64,000 nucleotides of DNA from Candidatus Omnitrophota bacterium (GCA_029564765.1 JAKQPK010000050.1:82977-146976), one strand, 5' to 3'; shown: positions 1 through 10,346, counted from the stretch's first letter. Notes: generated from the letters alone by a model not told the origin. Numbers and translations are program-made.

Positions 1-859
1 TTTTCTGACGAATACCGTCTCTTAAAATGTTCTTGAATTCCCTCAACCGCTTAGCTTCCGGTATCATCTCTTGCGCGCGCATTTCGATCGCGATGCCAAG
101 GCCGATAATTCCCAGCGTATTTTCCGTCCCCGCTCGGCGGCCACGTTCTTGATGCCCTCCGCGGATAAACGGACAGAAAGGGATCCCTTTTTTAGAATAT
201 AATGCCGCGATCCCCTTGGGCCCGTAAATTTTGTGGGCGGAAAGGGTCAAAAAATCAACATTCAAGTCTTTCACATCAATGGGGATCTTGCCAACAGCTT
301 GCACAGCATCCGTATGAAAGAATGCGCCAACCTTATGCGCCATCTGAGAGATCGTTCTAACATCCTGGATCGTGCCGATCTCGTTATTAGCCATCATGAC
401 CGAAACGATCGAAACCCCAGGCACGATGGCATGCGACAACTCATCCATCTTGACCTTGCCCTGGTCATCAACACCGATAAAAATAACATCAACGCCTCTG
501 TCCTTAAGGCACTTGGAAGACTCCAGAACGCAAGGATGTTCGATCTGGGTCGTAACGATCCGCGTTTTTCCATCTTTTTTAAAAGGACAGCAATGCTTTG
601 ACGAACAAGCGACCATGTTCAAAACAGTGTTATTCGCTTCAGACCCGCTACCGGCAAAAACGATCTCTTCCGCCTTGGCGCCGATAAAGGACGCGACATT
701 CTCCCTTGCCTGCTCAACAAGCGAAGCGGCTTCGCGCCCAAAGACATGCAAGCTGGATGGATTCCCAAAAGATTCCATCGCCTTTTGCATCGCTTTCTTG
801 ACTTGCGGATGCAGAGGGGTCGTGGCGTTATGATCAAGATAGACTTTTTGTTTCTTCAT
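1..859 (-). CDS. cysteine desulfurase, NifS/IscS family. Partial: the C-terminus lies beyond the window start
   Basis: The minus-strand frame from the ATG at 857-859 reads MKKQKVSLDHNATTPLHPQVKKAMQKA. The conserved PLP-lysine motif SAHKIYGPKGIAALY lies in the same frame, encoded at about 200-247. The gene is missing from the ORF track because it has no stop codon inside the window. The plus-strand ORFs 233..601 and 372..833 are shadows of this gene. Confidence 0.8.
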   Translation of the reverse strand, partial: MKKQKVYLDHNATTPLHPQVKKAMQKAMESFGNPSSLHVFGREAASLVEQARENVASFIGAKAEEIVFAGSGSEANNTVLNMVACSSKHCCPFKKDGKTRIVTTQIEHPCVLESSKCLKDRGVDVIFIGVDDQGKVKMDELSHAIVPGVSIVSVMMANNEIGTIQDVRTISQMAHKVGAFFHTDAVQAVGKIPIDVKDLNVDFLTLSAHKIYGPKGIAALYSKKGIPFCPFIRGGHQERGRRAGTENTLGIIGLGIAIEMRAQEMIPEAKRLREFKNILRDGIRQK

Positions 860-1793
860 GTTCTTTCTGCGTTAGTTGCGCATCCTTACGAAAGCGTATC
901 ATATTTCCGATAGATCTTTTGGCCCGGTTTATAGTGTCTTGTGGCAAAAGAACTTCATGGACCATATTCTCAAGCGATGTCGCCACCTTAGCCAGTGTTG
1001 TTTTCTTCATATTAGGACAGGAGGCTAAAGATGTCGCTTCATAAAATCTTTTTCCAGGATTTTCAATTTTTAAAGGATAGATCATGCCGACTTCCGTAGC
1101 TACGATAAATTCTTGCGCCTGCGATTCTCGAGCGTAACGCAGCATCCCCGATGTAGACAAAACCGCATCCGCGAGTTTTAGAACAGCCGCGTTGCATTCA
1201 GGATGCGCCATGACACGCGCAGCCGGATGCTCCTTTTTGAGGGCCACAATATGTTCTGGCAAGATCCGTGCGTGCGAGGGGCAATATCCCTGCCAGATAA
1301 TGACATTGCGCCCCGTCTTATGCGCTGCGTAAGATCCCAAATGCTTATCCGGCAAAAAGATAATTTTATCTTGATCGCTAAAAGCGTTCTGGAGCATTTC
1401 AACGGCATTCGCGGACGTACAGCAGTAATCGCACTCAGCCTTGACATCCGCCGAAGTATTAACATAGCAAATGATCTTTGCGTCCGGATGTTGAACGCGC
1501 AGGTCCCTGACCTGCTGCGCGCTGATCATGTCAGCCAAAGGGCAACCCGCGGATGGCTCTGGGATCAGGACTGTTTTTTGAGGAGAAAGGATCTTCGCGG
1601 TCTCTGCCATAAAATAAACCCCGCAAAAAACGATCACATCAGCCTTTGTCTTAGAGGCTTCAATACTTAGGCCTAGAGAATCACCGGTAAAATCCGCAAT
1701 ATCCTGGACCTCTGGCAGCTGATAATTGTGGACCAAAATGACAGCATTGCGCTTCTTTTTGAGCTCTTGTATCTTTCCAACGAAATCATTCAC
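834..1793 (-). CDS. nadA: quinolinate synthase NadA
   Basis: 319 aa with a GTG start. It has a typical NadA fold sequence including conserved Cys residues, and it overlaps the downstream cysteine desulfurase start by 26 nt. Confidence 0.85.
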   Translation of the reverse strand: MNDFVGKIQELKKKRNAVILVHNYQLPEVQDIADFTGDSLGLSIEASKTKADVIVFCGVYFMAETAKILSPQKTVLIPEPSAGCPLADMISAQQVRDLRVQHPDAKIICYVNTSADVKAECDYCCTSANAVEMLQNAFSDQDKIIFLPDKHLGSYAAHKTGRNVIIWQGYCPSHARILPEHIVALKKEHPAARVMAHPECNAAVLKLADAVLSTSGMLRYARESQAQEFIVATEVGMIYPLKIENPGKRFYEATSLASCPNMKKTTLAKVATSLENMVHEVLLPQDTINRAKRSIGNMIRFRKDAQLTQKEHEETKSLS

Positions 1794-1853
1794 TCAACAC
1801 ATCCTTTAGTATCTATTCATTATCTATATATTAAAATAAATGACAAGGATTTT

Positions 1854-1886
1854 CCTTGCTCCCGCAAGGTCATTTTCTTTTTTTCC
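1854..1886. terminator. candidate intrinsic terminator hairpin (CCTTGC-tccc-GCAAGG) with a flanking T-tract
   Basis: A 6-bp GC stem lies directly after the stop of ORF 1870..2502. The T-rich run is strongest on the plus strand and weaker on the minus strand, so this may be a bidirectional terminator or insulator. Confidence 0.35.
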
Positions 1887-2502
1887 AAAGAAAATCCTTG
1901 AGATATGACGCCCACTGATCTAAGGCAGCGGAAAGTTTTTCTAAATCCTCCGCGTTCTCAAATGGCGTATCGCTAAGATCCACAATATCCTTTGTGTCCT
2001 CGAAAGTAGCCAGGGCCTTATCTGTGGCCCCGTCCACAACGCTCCCCTCGAACGTAAGCGCCAGCGAAGGTTTTGCGCTACCTTTGATCACCTTCATAAG
2101 AAGCCGCTCCTCTTCCACGACATAGGTCCCTGAAACCTTAAGATCAATAACGAGCAAGTTCTTTTCTTTGAGATCCTTGGCTTTCAGCTCTTCCATATTA
2201 ACATCAATAATACCATCCAAAGGATCAGCAAAGCTGCGGAATATGGCAAAGGCGATCTGCTGCATCGCATCCGCGGAGAATCGGTCTTTGACCAACTCCC
2301 CATCAATGTCATGAACCTTCAGGTGAAGATCTCTTAGGTCAATGTTGCGAAAGAAGACCTCCTCGTACGCTTTCAGATCTGCCTTCGCCTCAACCCAAGA
2401 ACGCTCAAAACCAAAGATCACTGTCTGTTGCGCATAAGCGATGCAAGAAAGCAGCAATCCTGTGGAAAAAGCCGCGTACGCGACTATTCTTGGCCAACGC
2501 AT
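1870..2502 (-). CDS. hypothetical secreted protein
   Basis: N-terminal signal peptide (MRWPRIVAYAAFSTGLLLSCIAYAQQ). No recognisable domain. Confidence 0.5.
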   Translation of the reverse strand: MRWPRIVAYAAFSTGLLLSCIAYAQQTVIFGFERSWVEAKADLKAYEEVFFRNIDLRDLHLKVHDIDGELVKDRFSADAMQQIAFAIFRSFADPLDGIIDVNMEELKAKDLKEKNLLVIDLKVSGTYVVEEERLLMKVIKGSAKPSLALTFEGSVVDGATDKALATFEDTKDIVDLSDTPFENAEDLEKLSAALDQWASYLKDFLWKKRK

Positions 2503-2526
2503 AATGAACTCCTAAGTTTAATAATG

Positions 2527-2901
2527 TTATGAAAGCTGTTTCTGAACTTTCTCAAGAAGTGCGGAAAACTCAAAGGGTTTCACGATATAATCATTCGCGC
2601 CGTAAAATTCATGCGCTTTATCGATCAAATGTTTTTCCATCGGCTGCGCTGTAAAAACGATCACGGGAATATGTTTCGTTTCATCGTCACAGCGTAGCTC
2701 ATCACAAACTTGATAACCATCCTTATATGGCATCGAAATATCCAGCAAAATAAGGTCTGGTTTTTCTCTTCTTATATCTTCCAGAGAATTTTTTGGGGAT
2801 TGAAAAGTGACAACGGAAAAACCACTTTGCTCAAGCTTCTTTTGCGTGACTTTAAGGATATCCTCTTCATCATCAAAAATAACGATCTTTTTTTTCACCA
2901 T
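2527..2901 (-). CDS. stand-alone response regulator receiver domain (CheY-like)
   Basis: 124 aa. The acidic pocket (DDEED, LLDISMP) and conserved Lys are typical of REC domains. There is no output domain. Confidence 0.8.
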   Translation of the reverse strand: MVKKKIVIFDDEEDILKVTQKKLEQSGFSVVTFQSPKNSLEDIRREKPDLILLDISMPYKDGYQVCDELRCDDETKHIPVIVFTAQPMEKHLIDKAHEFYGANDYIVKPFEFSALLEKVQKQLS

Positions 2902-2971
2902 ATCATTCCCCTTTTTCTTTTATCCTAAAATAACACGCGTCCTCTATGATGGCAATAAAAATAAGCCTTTG

Positions 2972-5884
2972 TTATATCGAAGAAGTTTGCGCCTTGGGGC
3001 AGATCTGATTATACGCGCAATATTGACACGCCAGATAATCCGGCCGCGCCTCAAAAGAGCCTTGGCGTATGCCTCGCGACGCTTTATCAATGGACTCCAT
3101 GACCCTATCAATATCCTTCTCTGTGACAGCCGCCCGCCCCACAATACCCGTCTCAAGAAAATGCAGCTCCTTTAGATCAGGCAATTTTCCTGTTGCCTTC
3201 TCGTAAGCCACGCTATAGAGGCTTAGCTGTAGATTATCCTTGGTTTTTTTATCTGCATCAGCTTGCTTGCGGATCTCTGATGACTTAAAATCAACGATCG
3301 TTGTAACCCCGTCAATAATATCGATGCGATCCCAGCGTCCTTTGATGCGGCAGGAACCGACCACAAACGAAAATTCTTGCTCGACGAACGCGGGAATGAT
3401 ATTGCGCGCTTCTTGCTGCATAAAAAAATCCTTCAATCCCGTCCGTGCGGCAGCCAGACGAAGTTGGATGTGTTCTTGTGACATGAATCCTTCCTTGCGA
3501 AACGCATTTTCAAAGACCTTGATCACATCTTCGCCTGTCACAGGCCTCAACTGCATCTTGCACTGATGATAATACTGCACCGCGTCATGCAACGCCTTGC
3601 CGTATACAACCGTATGATGCGTCATGATCGGCACGTGAAGAACGTGGACATATTTATATTTCAATGGACATGTTAAATAGTCATCGATCTGATAGTAGCT
3701 CAAAGAAATGATCTTTTCATCAGCGATCTTGCCAGCAACTGGCAATGGCGCCGAAACCGGTGGCGCATTTCGCTCGATCGCTTGCAGCGCGGAAGCTTTC
3801 AACACCTCTTGCGTGCGTTGTTCCGCCACCGCCTCTTTAACGAAGCGGCTGACCTTGCGAGGCTGCTTTGTCCCATAATCGACAGCGGAGGTTAGGTACA
3901 ATTCTTTTTTTGCGCGTGTCATCGCCACATAAAAAAGCCTTCGCTCTTCCTGTAAATGAAAATCTCCTAACGGCAAAACATCCTTGATCAACGCCTCCGC
4001 AAGCTCAATGGGTTCGCTGCGCCTAGGCCATGGAAATTTTGTCTCCACCAGGCTCACCAGGAAAACAACCGCAAATTCCAACCCCTTAGCTTTATGGATG
4101 GTCATGACGTTCACGGCAGGCGTATCAAGTTCGGCTTGCGCAACAGCAGGGTCATCACCTGCGTCCATGAGCATTTCAAGATAATGAATGAAATAAAGCA
4201 CTCGGTCTTCATTCGTCGCATATTCAAAATTGCGAACTATATCGAAGAATTTTGCTAAATTACACAAGGTGGCCTCATTAGCTGCTGTTTGATCCTGGGC
4301 AAGGCGTGCCAGCCATCCGCTCTCCGCTAAAAAGGCATACAGCAATCGCCCGGTCGCATAATCCTTGGCCCAGGTAACATATTTGAGGATGTCCGCGATC
4401 AGCTTATCTTTTGCAGCGATAAAACTTTCAGAAAAATTCTGCTCCTCCAAGGCCTGCGCGTTCTGCAGCGTAAAAAACAGATCCCACTGTTTGCGTTTGG
4501 CTAAATGTAAAAGTTGCGTCAGCTCAACAACAGGAAGATCGTATAACGATGATGTGGCCAGGTAAAAAAGACTTAAGGAATCCGAAGGATCTGCACTCAC
4601 GCGCAAAAACGAAATGCACAATCGAACCTCCGCGCGCGTATAAAGCCCTTGGTTGCCGCTAAATTGCCATGGGATCCCGCGCATATTAAGCGCCCGGATA
4701 AAAGGATCCGCGCTCGAATTTGACCGGACAAGGATCGCAAAATCTTTATAGGTATAAGCTCCCTCTTGCACCTTATTCTGTATAAACTCCGCCACCCAAT
4801 CGCTTTCCGATGCCAACGTATCAAAATGTACATGCTCCGGGCTTTTACCATCTTTTTCGAGCGCGACAAGACGCTTGTTGATCTTAGCGCGGACCTCAAA
4901 TCGGTCTGGATTATTATTTTGGATCAGCTGGTAAGCCGCGTCCAAGATTGGTTGGGCTGACCGATAATTACGCGTTAACGCGATCTTTTCAGTGTGTGGA
5001 TAGCGCTCCATAAAATTTAAAATATTGCTAATAGCCGCTCCTCGCCACTTGTAGATCGACTGGTCATCATCCGCGACCACTGTAAGATTAGAATGTTGCC
5101 CTGCCAATAAGGTCACAAGCTCAAATTGCGCATAATTGGTATCTTGAAATTCATCGACCAAGATATACTGGAATTGCTGCTGGTAACGCTTTAAAACTGC
5201 CGGATGTTCACGCAAAAGCTTTAATGCCAAGAAAAATTGATTGGCAAAATCGATCTTTCCCTCTTTAAGCAAAAGCTCTTGATAGCGCAAATAACATTGT
5301 GCTAACTCATGATGACGCTGAGCCTCTTCGGATAAAGCGGCATCAGATGGATCTTGGCTCGCTTGCTGCTTGAGGGTTTGCGCGTAAGCAATGTATTCCT
5401 GCGGTGAAACATCTTCATCACGGGCACGGGAAAAAAGACCGATCATCGCATCCACGAATTTGGTAGGGTTGCTTAACGGCCTGTAATGCTGTAATGAAAA
5501 TTTAAAAAGATTTTCCCGAAAGAAAACAGCTGCCTGCGGGCGTGTCAACACCTTAAAGCTTGGATCGATCCCCATTTCCAGCGCGTTCTCGCGCAAGATA
5601 CGGTCCCCAAAAGAATGAAAGGTCGAGATCCAGGTGTCGGTAAAGCCGTAAGGCACCAGGATGTCAACTTTTTCTTGCATTTGATAAGCAGCTTTATCCG
5701 TGAAAGTCAAAGCCAGGATCCTGCTTGGCTGTACATGGCGCTCAACGATCAAATGAGCGATCCTTTGCGTAATGACCGTGGTCTTTCCTGTACCGGCACC
5801 GGCAATGATCAGCAAGGGACCCTGCTCGTGCAAAACAGCTTTTTGCTGCTCAGGGTTGAGGGGTAACGATGAAAGGTTTGACAA
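2972..5884 (-). CDS. UvrD/PcrA-family SF1 helicase fused to a C-terminal PD-(D/E)XK Cas4/AddB-like nuclease with a 4-Cys cluster
   Basis: 970 aa. It has a Walker A motif (GAGTGKTT) and UvrD helicase motifs. The C-terminal roughly 250 aa contain a YxQ…D…EL/K nuclease core and the CQYCAYNQICP cysteine cluster. Confidence 0.85.
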   Translation of the reverse strand: MSNLSSLPLNPEQQKAVLHEQGPLLIIAGAGTGKTTVITQRIAHLIVERHVQPSRILALTFTDKAAYQMQEKVDILVPYGFTDTWISTFHSFGDRILRENALEMGIDPSFKVLTRPQAAVFFRENLFKFSLQHYRPLSNPTKFVDAMIGLFSRARDEDVSPQEYIAYAQTLKQQASQDPSDAALSEEAQRHHELAQCYLRYQELLLKEGKIDFANQFFLALKLLREHPAVLKRYQQQFQYILVDEFQDTNYAQFELVTLLAGQHSNLTVVADDDQSIYKWRGAAISNILNFMERYPHTEKIALTRNYRSAQPILDAAYQLIQNNNPDRFEVRAKINKRLVALEKDGKSPEHVHFDTLASESDWVAEFIQNKVQEGAYTYKDFAILVRSNSSADPFIRALNMRGIPWQFSGNQGLYTRAEVRLCISFLRVSADPSDSLSLFYLATSSLYDLPVVELTQLLHLAKRKQWDLFFTLQNAQALEEQNFSESFIAAKDKLIADILKYVTWAKDYATGRLLYAFLAESGWLARLAQDQTAANEATLCNLAKFFDIVRNFEYATNEDRVLYFIHYLEMLMDAGDDPAVAQAELDTPAVNVMTIHKAKGLEFAVVFLVSLVETKFPWPRRSEPIELAEALIKDVLPLGDFHLQEERRLFYVAMTRAKKELYLTSAVDYGTKQPRKVSRFVKEAVAEQRTQEVLKASALQAIERNAPPVSAPLPVAGKIADEKIISLSYYQIDDYLTCPLKYKYVHVLHVPIMTHHTVVYGKALHDAVQYYHQCKMQLRPVTGEDVIKVFENAFRKEGFMSQEHIQLRLAAARTGLKDFFMQQEARNIIPAFVEQEFSFVVGSCRIKGRWDRIDIIDGVTTIVDFKSSEIRKQADADKKTKDNLQLSLYSVAYEKATGKLPDLKELHFLETGIVGRAAVTEKDIDRVMESIDKASRGIRQGSFEARPDYLACQYCAYNQICPKAQTSSI

Positions 5885-5886
5885 TC

Positions 5887-6075
5887 TTACGGCCGTTTTA
5901 CAGGTTTCTTGAATTTATTTAAGATCCCGCATTCGTATTTGCACGCGATCTCTGGATACGCCCCCTGAAAAGACGCGGTGCATTGGCTCATGCATTCTTG
6001 ACGCATCGCGATCAGCTTGATGAGCGCCGTTAAAACGATCACAATAATGAGAGCCCATAATAATTTTCGCTTCAT
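5887..6075 (-). CDS. small membrane protein (one TM helix, four Cys)
   Basis: 62-aa ORF that abuts the helicase start. Its hydrophobic N-terminus suggests a membrane location. Confidence 0.35.
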   Translation of the reverse strand: MKRKLLWALIIVIVLTALIKLIAMRQECMSQCTASFQGAYPEIACKYECGILNKFKKPVKRP

Positions 6076-6247
6076 GTTGCGACTCCGTTTCTATTATAAT
6101 TTTAAATTTAGTTCCTATTATACCAAAATCATAAATTCTTTATCGAAAAATCATTGGACGACAGAAATTTAAGCAAATGATCCTGCTTAATAATAAATAC
6201 TTATTACCTACGCTTCTCGCACCTGCAAGATGCCAAGGAATTCCTTG

Positions 6248-6275
6248 CTTGACAAAGCATGGATTTTTAGTATAC
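6248..6275 (+). promoter_or_regulatory. sigma70-like promoter for rpmB
   Basis: A TTGACA box at 6248-6253, a 16-nt spacer and a TATACT box at 6270-6275. A GGAGA ribosome-binding site lies 5 nt before the ATG at 6301. Confidence 0.45.
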
Positions 6276-6300
6276 TTCTTTTCATCATTTGGAGACATTT

Positions 6301-6525
6301 ATGAAAGTATGCGAAATTTGCGGAAAATCCGCAGCCCCGGGAATTAAATACAAAAGACGTGGTATGGCTGTCCGAAAAGGCGGCGCTGGTCAGAAGATCG
6401 TCGGAAAAACGTTCCGAAGATTCTTGCCCAATCTTCAAAAGATCCGCATCGTTGTAAAAGGACGGATCAAAAGAGCCAATGTCTGTGTCGGCTGTATTAA
6501 ATCCGGTAAGATCACAAAAGCCTAG
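6301..6525 (+). CDS. rpmB: 50S ribosomal protein L28
   Basis: MKVCEICGK…FLPNLQK…CVGCIKSGK matches the L28 zinc-ribbon pattern. The tracked ORF starts upstream at TTG, but the ATG at 6301 with a GGAGA SD is more plausible. Confidence 0.8.
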   Translation: MKVCEICGKSAAPGIKYKRRGMAVRKGGAGQKIVGKTFRRFLPNLQKIRIVVKGRIKRANVCVGCIKSGKITKA

Positions 6526-8215
6526 ATCATCTCTCCCGGCTTAATATCCTTTAGCTCTAATTGCACGGTGGGTTCTTTATTCCAATCGTCGATCGATATC
6601 GTATACGCGATGTCGATCGGTTTACCTTGTGCTACGAGCGGCTGATAAGCCCCCATACCAAAACCTACAGCGGAAATAACAGTTTTCTTGTCCGTGACCC
6701 AAAACTTTAGTGTATCCCTGCCCAAAACGACCGGTGGACTTTTGACGATCAAGTTGCGCGAACAAAACAACGGTTCAGGGTTACCTTCCCCAAAAGGATA
6801 AAGACGATTAACGATCTTGACCAAGTCCAGACTGACGCTGTGCAAAGGGATCTCGCAATCGATAGATAAGCTTGGCTTAAGGTCTTCGTCACTTAACTCA
6901 TCACACGCGATCTGGTTCATTTTCTGGCGAAACGCCTCAATATTCTGTTCGCGGATCGTCAGGCCTGCTGCATGCTCATGCCCACCAAAATCCTCTAACA
7001 AATGCGCGCATCGTGACAACGCGTCAAAAAGATGAAAACCCTCAATGGAGCGAGCTGACCCCGTAGCTATACCATCTTCGATCGACAAGACGATGGACGG
7101 CCGATAATAGGTGTCCATCAGACGTGATGCCACGATCCCTACGACCCCTCTATGCCAGCCGCAAGCCCCCACAACGATCACTCGATCTTTCTTAAAGTTA
7201 ACCTCTTGCTCAACCTTGTGCAAGGCCTCATCAATGATCGCGCTTTGTGTTTCTTGTCTTTGGCGATTATGGGCTTCAAGGGTTGCGGCGATCTCCTCGG
7301 CCTCAGCCTGGTCCTGTGCCATTAAGAGGCGTAAAGATTTTTCCGCGGAATCAATACGCCCCATCGCGTTGATGCGAGGGCCTAAAATAAAACCTACATG
7401 TTTAGGTGTTAATTTCTTCCCCTTGATCCGCGCGGTCTTGATCAAAGCCTGAAGGCCAAAATTCTTTGTTTTTTCGATCCGTGGCAAGCCTTCTTTGACC
7501 AAGATCCGATTCTCCCCATGCAAAGGCACAACATCCGCAATGGTTCCAAGGGCAACAAGATCTAAATCCTGCTGATAATCCTTACCCAAAAGGGCTTGCG
7601 CTAATTTAAAAGCAAGCGCGACAGCCGCTAAACTGCCAAAAGGATACAGGCAGTCTTTGCGCTTGGGGTCGATCACGGCAACGGCTTGGGGGGTCTTCTC
7701 TGATAAGGGCTCGTGATGATCAACAACGATCACATCAATCCCCTCCTGGCGTAATGTTTCGACCTCAGATACCGCGCTGATGCCGCAATCAACCGCCACA
7801 AGAAGACGAACGCCCTGTTCTTTAGCTTCTTTGGCGATCGTATGATTTAAGCCGTAACCGTCCTTGAGCCGATGCGGGATATGATTGACAACATCCAGGC
7901 CAAATTGCTGAAAGGCTCGTGCCAGAACAGCGGATGAGGTCACGCCATCCACATCATAATCTCCAAAGATCATGACCTTTTCTTTGTTCACGCGCGCAAC
8001 TTTAAGCCGCGCAACAGCCTTGTCCATGTCTTTGAGCAAAAATGGGTCATGCAAAGAAGCAAAATTCCCATCAAGAAAATCACGAGCCTCATCAGCCGTC
8101 GAGACTTGCCGATTTACCAGAAGCTGGGCAACGATCGGATGGATCTTCAGTTCATTACTTAAAGCGACTTGAAGCTGCGGGTGCGGGGTCTTGATGATCC
8201 ACTTGCGGGAAACCA
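6522..8215 (-). CDS. recJ: single-stranded-DNA-specific exonuclease RecJ
   Basis: It has DHH and DHHA1 motifs. The start is placed at MVSRKWIIK, directly after the argS stop. The tracked ORF 6522..8420 includes an N-terminal extension that overlaps argS. Confidence 0.9.
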
Positions 8216-9892
8216 TTACATTCTTTCGGGAACGGTAACGCCAAGCAGGGTCAGACCATTGGCAAAAACGATCTTGGCGGCCGCGACAAGGGCTAATCGC
8301 TGGGAAGAAAGCCCTGCATCCTCGCTGATGACTTTGTGCGCGTCGTAAAAACGATGGAACGACGCCGCCAGATCCGTCAAGTAAGCCAATAACGCGTAAG
8401 GGTCGATCTGATGCAAGCACATCGATAGCGCGTCCTCAAAAGAAGCCATTTTTTTGATCAGATCCATTTCTTCCTCTTGGGTCAATAAGCTAAAATTCTC
8501 AACAGCGGATACGATCTTGGCTTCTTTCGCCTTAACAAAAATGCTGTTGATGCGGGCGTGGGCGTATTGAATATAGAAAACAGGATTTTCCGGGCTTTGT
8601 TCTTTGGCCAACTCCAGATCAAAATCTAAATGCGCGTCTGTGTGCCGCATCAAGAAAAAAACACGGGCCGCGTCTGATCCTACTTCGTCAATGACCTCGC
8701 GCAGGCTGACAAATTCCCCTTTACGCGTGGACATTGAGACCGGTTCGCCCTTGCGATACAAAGTCGCCAACTGAACGATAATAACATCCAATTGTTTAGG
8801 GTCATATCCTAAGGCCTGAACAGCGGCCTTCAGGCGCGAAATATACCCATGATGATCCGGGCCTAAAATATCAATGACCCAGTCAAATTTTCGGTCAAAT
8901 TTATTCTTATGATAAGCAATATCCGGGGCGAGATAAGTATAATGACCATCAGATTTCTTAACAACACGATCTTTGTCGTCTCCTAACGCGGTTGTCTTAA
9001 ACCACATCGCGCCATCCTGCGGATAAATATACCCCCGATCGGAAATGACCTTCAGTGCCGCATCGATCGTTTCATTGGTCGCGACCTTAGCTTGTGAGGT
9101 CCAGATGTCAAACTGAACACCAAAATCTTTTAAGTCCTGACGGATCAGCCCCATTAAATATTCTACGGAGAAACTCTCAAATGATCTATCGGCCAGCACA
9201 CTTAAGGCGTCCATATCCGTGATCTTGTTATCCGCGAGAAAGCTTTTGGCCATCTCTTTGATGTATCCACCCTGATAATGATCCTCTGGAAATTCGATAG
9301 TCGCGCCCAATATTTCTTGGGCGCGCAGCTTGACCGAGCGTCCCAAAATACGGATCTGATTGCCTTCATCGTTGATGTAGTATTCCTTGGTGACCTGAAA
9401 ACCTAGAAAGGCGAGGATATTGCCTAGGGCATCACCAACAGCCGCCTGGCGGGCATGCGCCACTGTTAATGGTCCCGTAGGGTTCGCAGAGACAAACTCA
9501 ATGACGACTTTTTTCTTTTGGCTGTCAGAACCCCGGCCAAAATCTTCTTTTGTTTCCAAGATCTCTTTGACAACAGAGAAAAAAGCACCTGAGGCAAGAT
9601 AAAAATTGATAAATCCAGGATTTTTAATCTCTATCTTCTCAACGCAAGCGCCGATCATGGATCGCGCGAGTTGACGGTCGATAGAGACACGTATATCCTC
9701 TGCGATCTGCATCGGGTTTTTTTTAAGCACGCGCGCCAAACGCAGCGCAAGGCTGCAAGAAAAATCACCGTGGGATCTCTCTTTGGTCTTTTCAAGTTCT
9801 GCTGGGGGAATTTCTGAGCAAACATCCTGTAGGAGCTCCTGAACGGATGCTTGGACTGCTTCTTCGAGTTGACGTCTTAGAATGGACAGCAT
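8216..9892 (-). CDS. argS: arginine--tRNA ligase
   Basis: 558 aa. It has a class I HIGH-like motif (PTGPLTVAHAR) and the MSTRKG motif. Confidence 0.9.
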   Translation of the reverse strand: MLSILRRQLEEAVQASVQELLQDVCSEIPPAELEKTKERSHGDFSCSLALRLARVLKKNPMQIAEDIRVSIDRQLARSMIGACVEKIEIKNPGFINFYLASGAFFSVVKEILETKEDFGRGSDSQKKKVVIEFVSANPTGPLTVAHARQAAVGDALGNILAFLGFQVTKEYYINDEGNQIRILGRSVKLRAQEILGATIEFPEDHYQGGYIKEMAKSFLADNKITDMDALSVLADRSFESFSVEYLMGLIRQDLKDFGVQFDIWTSQAKVATNETIDAALKVISDRGYIYPQDGAMWFKTTALGDDKDRVVKKSDGHYTYLAPDIAYHKNKFDRKFDWVIDILGPDHHGYISRLKAAVQALGYDPKQLDVIIVQLATLYRKGEPVSMSTRKGEFVSLREVIDEVGSDAARVFFLMRHTDAHLDFDLELAKEQSPENPVFYIQYAHARINSIFVKAKEAKIVSAVENFSLLTQEEEMDLIKKMASFEDALSMCLHQIDPYALLAYLTDLAASFHRFYDAHKVISEDAGLSSQRLALVAAAKIVFANGLTLLGVTVPERM

Positions 9893-9901
9893 GATCAGAG
9901 A

Positions 9902-10285
9902 TTATGTTGCTACGTTAACGACTTTGCCGCCCTGCCAGAGATATTCCAGGCCGTAAAACTCTCGACATGACTTCTCAAATGTGTGGATCACAATATCACC
10001 GGTATCCACAATGACCCACTTGCCTTCACGGTATCCTTGAACATTGCCAGGACTTAAGCCTGCATCGCGCAAGCCGTCCTGGACACCGTCAGCGATCGCC
10101 CGGACCTGGCGGTCAGACGTTCCAGAGCAAATAACAAAATAATCGCAGAAATTCGCAAGCTTGCGAATATCAAGAACGACAAGATTTTCGGCCTTCTTGT
10201 CCAGAACGAGTTTTGCAATAAGCTTAATTGTTTTCTTTGCAGTTTGTTGGGATTGCTGCGCAATAGAAGATGATGTCTTAGCCAA
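9902..10285 (-). CDS. rsfS: ribosomal silencing factor RsfS (Iojap)
   Basis: 127 aa with typical Iojap/DUF143 sequence. Confidence 0.85.
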   Translation of the reverse strand: MAKTSSSIAQQSQQTAKKTIKLIAKLVLDKKAENLVVLDIRKLANFCDYFVICSGTSDRQVRAIADGVQDGLRDAGLSPGNVQGYREGKWVIVDTGDIVIHTFEKSCREFYGLEYLWQGGKVVNVAT

Positions 10286-10346
10286 TTTCTCTAGTTATCT
10301 TTCGCTGAGAATGGTTGTTAGGTCAACGTTAAGGTCTTTGGGGCCG

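Noticed and set aside
233-837. ORFs 233..601(+), 372..833(+) and 619..837(-)
   Set aside because: They lie wholly inside the cysteine desulfurase gene on the minus strand, or continue its frame. Their translations are low-complexity shadow frames.
779-842. Apparent 2-nt frameshift in nifS and nadA near 836-842 when reading the printed sequence
   Set aside because: The printed line starting at 781 appears offset by 2 nt relative to the ORF-track coordinates: an extra cg at its start and ag missing at its end. Using the track-consistent sequence, nifS reads MKKQKVSLDHNATT… in one frame. I treated this as a formatting artefact, not a pseudogene.
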